Assembly (NCBI RefSeq): GCF_009914755.1
Contig: NC_060931.1
Source: the human T2T-CHM13v2.0 reference genome, Homo sapiens
Length of the DNA stretch: 64,000 bases
Strand: one strand, 5' to 3'
The notes below the pieces were generated by a model, which had not been told where the DNA came from, ran no database searches, and worked only from the letters and a program-made list of their open reading frames with translations. This document shows, piece by piece, positions 11,100-22,170 of this stretch. Position 1 is the first letter of the stretch. Each line of letters starts with the position of its first letter. The translations under genes were made by a program, and so were the position numbers.

Positions 11100-12090
11100 T
11101 GCTTCTGTTGTAAGAGATTAAAATGGGAAAGTGAGGTTCTGAACAAGGATTTATTATGGAAGCCAGGAATCACGAGGTGACTCCTACACCCCTCGGTCAT
11201 GATGAATAAATGTTTAAAGTAGAGTTTTTCAAAGAATGAAGGGATGGGGAAGCACTATCTTTCAACCCCAAGTCAACAAAGAAGAGCTATGGGGAGTGAT
11301 GGGAATCTCCTGGGGGTTGGAAAATACACAGAAACCAGGCACCTGGCTACCTTTCTAATGAAAAGCACAGGAGAGATTATCCCCACATGGGGATCAGCAG
11401 GTACTCAGAGGTTTAAGGAAAAAGAATGCATCAGGATTTTCCACAACCAGGTGCAGGTCACACGAAGGAGCAAGTATGGGGTTACATAAGTTCCTTTCCA
11501 TGAAAACCACAGGAGGAGGTGTGAAGACCTCAGCAAAGAAGGAATAACTTACCAGTCAGAATGAAGATCCAGCAGGGAACTGCAGGTGAGAGATCCTCAG
11601 CGACTGGTGTTTCTGGAATAACCAGGGAGAGCACTCTACAAGAAATACATATGAGGATAGCTTTAACTCCTGCCGGATGCAGCAAACCCAGGGGCGGTAC
11701 CAGCTATCCTTTCAGCAAAAGCATTCCTTTCTCCCTCTCCTGTGCTCTAACCCCTGTGCTGGCAGGAGCAGAGGAGGGAGATAGGGAAGGAGAAGAGAAA
11801 TGAATCACTTTCCCTTCTCCAACTGTAGGCATTCAGCCTATTCAGCAGGCCTAAACTCATGGAGCAGAGAGCTCTCAACTTCAAATCAGGCACAGAGTTT
11901 TTATTGTTATGTGAAATTTGAAAATATAATCATTAAAATAAAACTTGTTTGGCCAAAGGATTAAGAGGTTTGCTTTAGTTTAAGGTCAGGAGAAGAACTA
12001 GGCTATTGATTAAATGTATACACAACAGGGGAAAACAAAAAGAAGTTATAATACTATTATTAATATATCCTAGATCAGACTTGTTCTTAC
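11100..12090 (+). mobile_element. Old LTR, LTR78-like
   Basis: cccttctccaactgtaggcattcagcc...gcaggcctaaact...gctctcaacttcaaatcaggcacagagtttttattgttatg resembles LTR78; boundaries uncertain. Confidence 0.5.
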
Positions 12091-12704
12091 ATTTAAAACT
12101 TACATTTCAACAGATAAAACTAAAAAAGGTGAGCAGAAATTTTAAGACAATAGATTTTGGCTTGTGAGTAGATATTGCTAGGATATAGCTTTGTGATCCT
12201 GGTTTTCAGGTGAAACACAGTATCAGAACTAGCCAGATTCCTTTACAACCCTACTGCAGTCACCAACCGTATCTATCTCAAATAATTCCAGATCACCTGT
12301 CCCTCTTTACAAATCACTGTATGTGCCCAAATTTGTTGGTTTCTTTTAAAACATTTTATCAAGAATAATGACATAACTGGATTTTAGCTATACTTCACTC
12401 CATATGTACTTACCTGCATCTACTATTCTAATAAACATTTGAATAATTTCTTTTTTGGTATTATGTGTGTGTGTATTCTTCCCTGAACTTAGGTTTCTGA
12501 TATAACTCATATCGGTTATTCATACAACAGCCTTTTCAATTCTCTGCATAGGATCTTGATAACTGTTCTATCTCATTTCTATCCATATGAAAGAGGAGTA
12601 TGTCCTTTATTCAAAGTAAACATTAAGATAGACTGATAGACTGAGCCCAAGACTTCATTCTTCTCCATGGTAATAAATAGATCCCCGTGCAAAGAGATAT
12701 TTTT

Positions 12705-13200
12705 TTTTTTTTTAGCTAATAAGCTTTATCTTTAAAACAGTTCTAGGTTGATGGAAAAATTAAGCGGAAAGTTCAGAGTTCCCATTACTCCCTCAGCTTC
12801 ACTCCTTCTACTTCTCTATCACACAGTTTCTCCTATGTATTAGTGTGGTACATCTTGCATTACTGGTGCATGTATTATAACTAATGAGCCAATACCAATA
12901 CAATGTTATTACCTTCAGTCCACTCATTTTGTTTCACAGTTCTATGGGTTTGTACAAATCCATAATGTCCTGTATCCACCATGAAAGTATCATACAGAAT
13001 AGTTTCATTGTCCTAAAATATCACCTGTGCTTTTCCATTCATCCTGCCCCTTCCAACTTCCTAGCAACCACCGATCTTTTACTATAAGTTTTGCATTTTG
13101 CATAATGTCATATTGTTGGATATGTACGGCTACATACATTATACAGCCTTTTCAGACAGGCTTCCTTCACTTAGCAATATGCATTAAAGATTACTTCATA
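12705..13200 (-). mobile_element. L1MC1/2-like 3' end
   Basis: cagttctaggttgatggaaaaattaagcggaaag...atcatacagaatagtttcattgtcctaaaa...cagccttttcagacaggcttccttcacttagcaatatgcat. Confidence 0.8.
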
Positions 13201-13601
13201 AAAACTGTAGTAAGAAAATGATAGACTAAAAATAGATTTTATTTCAATAAACACCACATTAGAAAGTTCAAAATAGAAACCATGGCTAATTAGCAGAAAA
13301 CAATTCAAAACTATTATTCTAAAGAAAAAAAGTCTAATAATATGAGTAAGCAGGAAATAAAAGACTGATTTGGATGATATATACATTATACATATATATA
13401 CAGATGATATATACATTATATTAAACTTTATTTTATAATAAAATAGCAAATTATTTAGGTCAGATTCTAAGTAGTATGTGCTAATTTAGACTGAAGATGT
13501 CAAGATTCTGAGACTGTAATGAATGTCTTTTGAATTAGGTATGAAAATGATGGAATCATTTATCATAAAAAGGAAGGATTAGCAATAAAAATCTCCGGAA
13601 A

Positions 13602-14700
13602 GTTAAGAAAATGAAAAGACAAGCCACAGATTGGGAAAAAATATTTGCCAAACACATATCTGTAAAAAAAGAACAGGTATCCAAAATACCAAAGAACTCT
13701 TAAAATTCAACAATAAGAAGAAAAACCCATTTAAACAGTAGGCAGGAAATCTGAACAGATACTTAAAGAAGATATACAGATGGAAAATAAGCACATAGAA
13801 AGATGCTCAACATCATATGTCATTAAGGAGGTGTAAATAAAACAATGAGATGCCACTACACACCTATTAGAATGACCAAAATACAAAACAGTTACAACAC
13901 CAAATGCTGGTGAGTATATAGTACAACAGGAACTCTCACTCATTGCTGATGGTAATGCAAAATGTTACAGCCACTCTGGAAGAAAGTTTGGCAGTGTCTT
14001 ATAAAACCAAACATACTGTGTGGGATCATATGGTCAATAATGCTTCTTGGTATTTTCCCAAAGGAGTTAAAACTTATGTCCACGTATTAAGATTTGTTAT
14101 TGCCAAAACTTGGAAGCAACGAAGATGTTATTTAATAAATGAATGAACAAACTGTGGTACTTTCATACAATGAAATATTATTTAGCAATAAAAAGAAATG
14201 AACTACCAAGACATAAAAAGACATGGAGAAATTTTCGAAGCATATTTCTAAGTGAAAGAAGCCGATATGAAAAGGCCACATAGTATATAATTTCAACTCT
14301 ATAAGATTGTGGAAAAGGCACAACCATAGAGACAGTACACATAACAGAGGCTATCAGGATCTCAGGAGAAGGAAGGGAGGGAGAAATGAATAGGTAGGGC
14401 ACGTGGGATTTTTCAGGCAGTGAAACCATTCTGTATTATACTGTAATTGTCAATATATGCCATCATACATTTGTCCAAACCTATACAATGTAAAACAGAG
14501 TGAAAGCTAACGTAAACTATGGGATTTAGTTAATAAAAATGTGTCAATATTCATTTATCAATTATAAAAAATGTACCACACTAATGCAAGATGTTTATAA
14601 CAGGGGAAGCTGTGCAAGGGAAAGGGGGATATATGGGATTCTGTCTGTATATTCTGTGCAATTAATCTGCAAACCTAAATTGCTCCAGAAATACAGTCTA
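13602..14700 (+). mobile_element. L1MC1/2-like ORF2 end and 3' UTR
   Basis: gaaaagacaagccacagattgggaaaaaatatttg...ccaaaacttggaagcaac...tgtaccacactaatgcaagatg...aaacctaaattgctcc. Confidence 0.85.
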
Positions 14701-15619
14701 TTTTTTTCAATCTCTTGAAAAGCACACAGCTAAAATTTGTTGAAGAAGATAGTATCAATCACGAAAGAAGGTGGTGGGGAGAGAGAGAAAAAGAGGAAAT
14801 TAATGGTATTTTAGAAAGGATGATGAGAATGAGCAGAAATATTTAGAACATGGTCATATGCACCCACAGACGGATGTTTCTGGAGACGTGGTAGTCCACT
14901 GTGCCACTGCAGAGAGAGTTCCAAGACTCATGGTGAAGAAGCTTCCACGAGTGATAGTTTGGGCTCTTAGTCAAGTCACAATCGGTCCTTAACCTCTAGC
15001 TAAAAAAATGTATAGAAATTCCCTAGTATTTGGGTATTTATTTTCTAAACCCCTAAATTTATAAGATAGGATAGAAAAAACAAAACTCGTCACTACCCAA
15101 AAATATTCAGAAGTGAATTGACCACTTATAAAACTGGTTCCTAGGTTTTCCCCATTAATATTAGTTACCCATCTTCACTGCTCAGTTTCTTTACTGTTAA
15201 ATTCCTCATGATTGCCAACTGGAGCACTGAAGATATCACATGAATGAAATTCAAATTAAGTACAGATTGAAATAGAAAATGTAGTGAACTACTAAAAATG
15301 ATTTTGGAAGATAGAATTAGAAACTCATTGACAAATGGAAATGCATCACAGTCAAATAAATTAAAAACTAAAGAAAAGAATAATATACCTAGCTAAGCCT
15401 CAGAAAAGATCAATTTAAATATCAAAGCATTAATAAAGATCTCTGGTAAAAATGGGTTATGCCTCATGTCAGATATTTTTAAAAAGAATTATCTTAGAGA
15501 CTATGCTGCAGGACTCAAACATAAAGTGAAAGGAGCAGATCATACTGTCCTATCATTTTGTTTGGGGAAATTATAGAAAATACCCTAAACTGTAAATAAT
15601 AAAAAATAAATACGCCATA

Positions 15620-18107
15620 ATTTTTATTTTTCTTTCCTTACAACTTTTACTTTAGTTTAAAGAGGTACACATGCAGCTTTGTTAAATGGATAAATTGCAT
15701 GTTGTGAGGGTTCGGTGTACAGATAATTTTGTCACCCGGGTAATCAGCATAATACCCAATATGTAGTTTTTCAATCCTCACCTTCCTCCCACACTCCACC
15801 CTTAAGTGGGCCCCAATGTCTATTGTTCTTTTCTTTGCGTCCATGTGTACTCAATGTTTAGCTCCCACTTATAAGTAAAATATGTGGTATTTTGTTTTCT
15901 GTTCCTGCATTAATTTGTATAGCATTATGGCCTCCAGTTTCATCCATGTTGCTGCAAAGGCCATGATCACATTTTTGTTTATACTTAAGTAGTATTCCAT
16001 GCTGTATATGTACTACATTTACTTTATCCAGTCCACTGTTGATGGGCACCTCGGTTGATGCCTTGTCTTTGCTCTTGAGAATAGTGCTGCAATTAACATA
16101 CCTGTGCATGTGTCTTTATGATAGAACAAATTATATTACTTTGGGTATCTACTCAGTGATACGGTTTGACTCTGTGTTCCCACTCAAATCTCATGTTGAA
16201 TTGTAATCCCAAATGTTGGGGGATGGACCTGGTGGGAGGTGATTGGATTATGGGAGAGGATTTCCCCCTTGCTGTTCTCATGATAGTGAGTTCTCACAAG
16301 ATCTGCTTGTTTAAAAGTGTGTAGCATTTCCCCCTTTGCTCTGTTCCTCCCGCTCTGCCATGTGAAGAAGGTGTTTATTTCCCCTTCATCTTTCTGCTGT
16401 GATTGGAAGTTTCCTGAGGCCTCACCAACCATGCTTCTTGTACAGCCTGTGGAACTGTGAGTCAACTAAATCTCCTTTCTTCATAAATTACCCAGTCTCA
16501 AGTAGTTCTTTATAGCAGGGCAAGAATGGGCTAATATAGAAAATTCATATCAGGAGTGGGGTATCGCTATAAAGGTACCTGAAAATGTGGAAGGGACTTT
16601 GGAATGATGAGTGATAGTGAACATTTTTCACATGCATGTTGGTTGTATGTATGATTTCTTTTCAGAATTGTCTGTTCATACCATCTGCCCATTTTTAATG
16701 GGATTGGTTTTTGCTTGTTGATTTGTTTGAATTCCTTGTATATTTTAGATATTAAATTTTGTTGAATGCATGGTTGGCAAATATTGTCTCCCATTCTATA
16801 GGTTGCCTGTTTACTCTGTTGTTAGTTTCTTTTTCTGTGTAGAAGCTCTTTAGTTTAATTAGGTCTGTTAATTTTCGTTTTTGTTACAATCGCTTTTGGA
16901 GTCTTCATCATGAAGTCTTTGCCTGGGTCGAGGTCCAGAATGGTATTTCCTAGATTTTCTTCTAGGGTATTCATAATCATAGGTTTTGAAGTTAAATCTT
17001 TAATCCATCTTGAGTTGAATTTTGTGTACAGTGAAAAGTAGGGGTCCAGTTTCAATTTTCTGCATATGACTAGTCAATTATCCCAACACCATTTACTGAA
17101 TAGGGAGTCCTTTCCCCATTTCTTGTTTTTGTTGGGTTTGTTGAATATCAGATGGTTGCAGATGTGTGGCTTTATTTCTGGGTTTTCTAATCTGTTCCAT
17201 TTGTATGTTTTTGTATCAGTGCCATGTTATTTTAGTTACTGTTGCCTTATAGTATAGTTTGAAGTTGGGTAGTGTGATGACTCCTGCTTTGTTCTTTTTG
17301 CATAGGATCACTTTGGCTCTTTGGGATTTTTTGTTGTTGTCATTACAAATGGATTTTAGAATTTTTTTTCTAATACTGTGAAAAAATGTCATTGGTAGTC
17401 TGATAAGAATAGCCTTCACTCCGTGGATTGCTTTGGGCAGTATGGTCATTCTAACAATATTTACTCTTCCTATCTATGATCATGGAATATTTTTCCATTT
17501 GTCTATGTCAACTCTGATTTCTTTCAACTATGTTTTGTAATTCTCATTGTAGAGATCTTTCACCTCCCTAGTGAGCTGTATTCCTGGGTGTATTCCTATT
17601 TTATTCTTTTTGTGGCTACTGTGAATGAAATTGTGTTATTGGCTTGGCTCTCAGCTTGGATGTTATTGGTATATAGAAATGCTATTGATTTTTATACATT
17701 GGTTTTGTATCCTGAAACTTTGCTGAAGTTGTTTATCAGATCTAGGAGCCTGTGGGCAGAGACTATGGGGTTTTCTAGGTATAGTATCATAATATATGTG
17801 AAGAGATAAGGTTTGACTTCCTCTCTTCCTATTTGGATGCCCTTTATTACTTTCTCTTGCCTTATTGCTCTGGCTAGGACTTTCAGTACCATGTTGAGTA
17901 GGAGTGGTGAAAGTGGTCATCCTTGTCTTGTTCCCGTTTCTCAAAGGGAATGCTCCCAGCTTTTGCCTGTTCAGTAGGATTTTGACTGTGGGTTTGTTGT
18001 GGATGGTTCTTATTATTTTGAGGTGTGTACCTTTGATGCCTAGTTTGTTGAGGGCTTTTAGCATGAAGGGATGTTGAATTTTATTGAAAGCCTTTTCTGC
18101 GTCTATT
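15620..18107 (-). mobile_element. L1PA15/16-like, 5'-truncated, interrupted by MaLR
   Basis: 3' UTR pattern ggataaattgcatgttgtgagggttcggtgtacagataattttgtcacc; ORF2 fragments in track ([25 protein letters not shown]). Confidence 0.9.
16157..16604 (+). mobile_element. MSTA (ERVL-MaLR) 5' LTR plus ~66 bp of internal sequence
   Basis: TGATACGGTTTG...GGGCTAATATA (16157-16538) followed by the MaLR-int start gaaaatt...cctgaaaatgtggaagggactttggaa. Confidence 0.88.
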
Positions 18108-18909
18108 TTTGTTTCTTTGTTTTTAGTTATATCACTTTTTAAGATGGCTTGCTACCACTGTTTTTTCCTCTCACTACCTATGACATTTTTATCCTAATTT
18201 TAAAGTTATTCTGTTGTAGTCGGCTTTTCCTGATACAATTAGATTTCAATTAGAAGACTGCTACCACCATTATCCCAATACTCAATACATGTGACCATTT
18301 GTCCTCATTCACAAATTTCTCAAAAGTATGACACAGAAGAGGAAACACCAAGCATCTTGCACTGGTTCTGCCCCCTCCATTAAGTCTCTGGCTCCCATGT
18401 TAGTCACTCTCAAACAGCTTCAAGTCCGAGTTTGGCTAGCCTCAGCCCACATATGGTCACTGAAATTCAGCATCCTAACCAATGCCCAGCAGCTTTTCTA
18501 AAACATTAAAAAAATAATGTTATGAATTGATCAAAACTTGAGACACATCTATGAAGGGTCTGCAAATGCAATATCCTATAGTATGGCAGTAGAGTATCAT
18601 TATATTTAATTAATATAAAACAGCTAATTAGTATTTCTGTAAATATAGTATTTTATCATAAAATTTTCCCACTGATTGACCCTCATCTCTATTTCCAAGG
18701 CTGTGACTGTCACTATTACTGGCACTGAAGAGAACACAGGAGAAGTAGATTATGGGACCCATGCCTGAAAGTTTTTGTGATAATTTGGAGCTATATTTTC
18801 TTAGTTTACAATTTTAAGAAATTATAATTAATCATTATAATTACATCATTTTATTTTGTAGTAATTACCCACAATTACAATAGTAAAAGGGGTTAAGAAC
18901 TATGGCAGA

Positions 18910-19090
18910 TGCTGGGAACAGTAACTCACACCTATAATCCTAACACTTCAAGAGGCCCAGGAAGGAGGATTACATGAGCCCAGGAGTTCGAGACCAGCCT
19001 GGGCAACAAAATGAAACCTCATCTCTATGGAATAATTTAAAAATTAGTCAGGCATGGTGGTGTGCACTTGTAGACCCCGCTTAAAAAAAA
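18910..19090 (+). mobile_element. AluJ-like, 3'-truncated, with A-tail and TSD
   Basis: Left monomer, linker and ~35 nt of right monomer, then an A-run; perfect 15-bp TSD AAGAACTATGGCAGA (18895-18909, 19091-19105). Confidence 0.9.
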
Positions 19091-19114
19091 AAGAACTATG
19101 GCAGAAAAAAATTA

Positions 19115-19339
19115 AAACTAGCCTAGTAACATAGCCAGACTCTGACTCTACACAAAACAGAAAAAATTACCCAGGCATGGTGGCTTGTGCCTGTTTTCTC
19201 AGCCTCAGGAGACTGAAGTGGGAGGATTACTTGAGCGTGAGAGGTAATGAGCCATGATTACAGCACTGCACTCCGGCCTGGGTGACAGAGCAAGACCCTG
19301 TCTCAAAAAGAAAAAGAAAAAAAGAAAGAAAGAAAGAAA
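19115..19339 (+). mobile_element. AluJ-like, 5'-truncated
   Basis: End of left monomer, linker, right monomer (gggaggattacttgagc...gcactccggcctgggtgacagagcaagaccctgtctc) and (GAAA)n tail. Confidence 0.9.
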
Positions 19340-21756
19340 CTTTAAAGACATTGTCAAGGAGGCAAAATTTCTTCTGACCCTTTAGAGATGTTTAAAATAG
19401 CCAGAGAAGGGAGTAGATAATCTTCCAAACAGAATTAAAAACATACGAAGTCAAAAGGCAAAAATGAACATTGGCAGTTTCTGAGAGCAATGGGATAAAG
19501 GCCTAACGGATGGAATTTTATTAAGCAGCAAGGTATACAAAGATAGAGAGGAAGAAATAAATAAGTTGAGAGTTTTTATTATATTATTTATTTGCTAAAT
19601 CCCCAGTTTAAAATGATGATGTCACATAACAAGTGTATTTCCAGTTAGCAACGTGTAAGGAACTGCTCAAAGAAACACAATTAACAATGTTCATCTGCCC
19701 TTGAAATAACTTATTTCTGTGTCTGTCATATTTTCCAGCACAGAATCTTATTGAACCTCAACTCATAAAATTCTATAGAGGTTCTTTTTTCTTTAAGAGA
19801 TTAATGCCTTGTACAGCATTCTCATCTGTATTTAATCTCAGAATTTTGATTTTGTATTTTGCTCCCCTATCCTGAATGATAGAAACCTTTAACTCCCCAT
19901 TCTCTATTCCATACAGTTTCCAGCTTGAAGACACTGCTCTCCCAGAAGAGAGATTACTCCTTTCTGTTTCCTGCTCCCTGTTTTTCCACAGTATACTGCA
20001 AAAGCAGAAAATAAGAAAAATTAAAAGGCAACTCTGGGCATATCTGTGATGAGAGTATGAATTTTTCTTATTGGTTTTATCCATTCTTGTCAGCTTACAC
20101 TTTTAGAGACTAAAAGATAATCCCTTTAATGCCTGAGCTTTTTTACTTTCTTGTCAGAAAGTGGTTTAAAATGCACATATAATAACACAACTGTCTTTAC
20201 AACTCCCCAGATATCTTCAGTTATCTTAAATATTGCTTCAAAGGGTATTGCTTAAATATTGCTTAAGGATAAAAATATCTGTAAATATTGCTAGTTTAGC
20301 AAGATGATAACTCACAAAATATTTTGAAAGAATACTGTATTCCCAAGGAAACTATAATATTTTCTAAAATCTTAAACATAGCATTTTAATGATTTTTAGT
20401 TTAAATTTAAAGCGGTTTCATGATCATTATTAATATTTGGCACAGCTATAGGTAGGGCCCATACATACTTTTCCTTTTCAAACAGTAATGTCCATTCTAA
20501 TAAATGCTTGATTTTACAAAATATTCTACCTCATTCAAAAATATCCCTAGGCAACTTAAAATAATTTATGCCTAAAAATATTTGTTTGTGAAAATTTCAT
20601 ATATTCCATAGATGCTGCTGCATTATTCAGAACTCAGCTCTCACACACTGGATATCCCATAAATGTTGAGTGACTTAGCATGAGCTTCTAACCCTGCAGA
20701 TGTCCCCAGTAATGAGGATGAAAGCCCTAATAATTGCTTATTCAGAATTGATTCATAGCCCACAAACACATTCCCTTTCATTTTATGTGGAACTTTTCTC
20801 TAATGTTCTAAAAAACTGTAATAAAATGTGGACTTGCATATTTGAAAAATAAAAAATTATTTTGTCACTCTTATTAAGAGACATAAAAGGCTCTGGGTCA
20901 CAGTTTGATTTGGGAATTGGTTTGCTGAAATTTACTTGAAGGGTAAATGTCTTTGAAATCACCATGTTCACTTTTCCCCACATTAAGAGATCCTGGAAAG
21001 TCTCAACATTTGTGAAAATTGCCACTGGGAAACTCACCAATTGATTTATCCTCTGATAAGAAATGACTGACCTTTTTGTTTGGATCTTGGCAGGACAAGA
21101 TGTGGTTAGGTATATCTGGAAGTGATAGCTTCTGAGGCTGAGTTTCTACAACCAAAGCAAAACTGAAGACTAAGACAGTTTCTTATGACTTTTGAGCTAA
21201 TCAAAAAATAGGATTCTTCTGTAGTACAACTGAAAAGTAAATAACAACTACTGCAATCATATTTCTGTTTACTCCTTGCCAGCTCCTGTTTGAAGCATTA
21301 TATGAACTATGAGAAACATTATGTGAATTGGACTCATGTAAATCATCAGAAATGTATAATCTTCAAGCCATTTTAAAGAGGGAGTCTAGTTGAGTAATTT
21401 ATGCCAGGTTACACAGCTATTAAGTAGCAATAATTTTGCTACTACCTAATTCTCTCAATAATCTCAACTACTACACTAAAAGCTTCCACATTAGTTACAA
21501 AAATATTTGACTATCCTTTGCTGGTTCAGAGATTTATCATCATTAAAGGAATTATCAAAAAGTGTGAGAACAAGTGGTTTTAATGTATATAGTGATAGCT
21601 GATCTATTTTGGTCACTGATTAAGACTTGTAAACAATGTGTTTAAGTATGTAGGTAGAACAGGCTATGAAATTGCCTCTAATTATAAGATGGCTCTTTAG
21701 TGTAAAGAGAAATCCTTTAAGTGCTTCCGCTATGTCTTGTATCAAAATATTACTAT

Positions 21757-21806
21757 TTCTCTCTCTCTGTCATGCACACATACACACACAAACACATACA
21801 CACACA
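21757..21806. repeat. (CT)n-(CA)n microsatellite
   Basis: Directly visible. Confidence 0.8.
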
Positions 21807-21929
21807 ACTTAGTCTTAGATAAGTCAGAATCATATCTATAGGACCTAGAGGAAAAATTTAAAGAAAGAAGAGAATGCAACACAAGATAATAATTTGAAAA
21901 GCAGGACAGAAAGGGAGGAAAACTAGCTG

Positions 21930-22170
21930 GTAGTTAACATTTGTTGATGATTTCTGCGTACTAGCCAAAATTCTAAGTGCTTTATATGTTTTAAATAATT
22001 CAATTATCTCAGCAACCCTTTGAAAAAAGGTACAAACCTTATGTTACTTTATTTAAAAGCTGAGCCTCAGGGAGTATAACTAGTGTGTCCAAAATCGTGT
22101 GGCTAGGAAATTATGGAGCCAAGGTTTGCCTGCAGTCAGTCTGGCTCCAAAGTCTACATTCTTCACCATT
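21930..22170 (-). mobile_element. MIR (MIRb-like), near full length
   Basis: taacatttgttga...ctaagtgctttatatg...gctgagcctcaggg...gtccaaaatcgtgtggctagg...cagtctggctccaaagtc. Confidence 0.8.

Noticed and set aside
19773-20084. 103-aa minus-strand ORF with an apparent hydrophobic segment
   Set aside because: The hydrophobic stretch is a translated polypyrimidine tract, and the rest resembles degraded old L1/HAL1 ORF1 sequence; no known protein recognised
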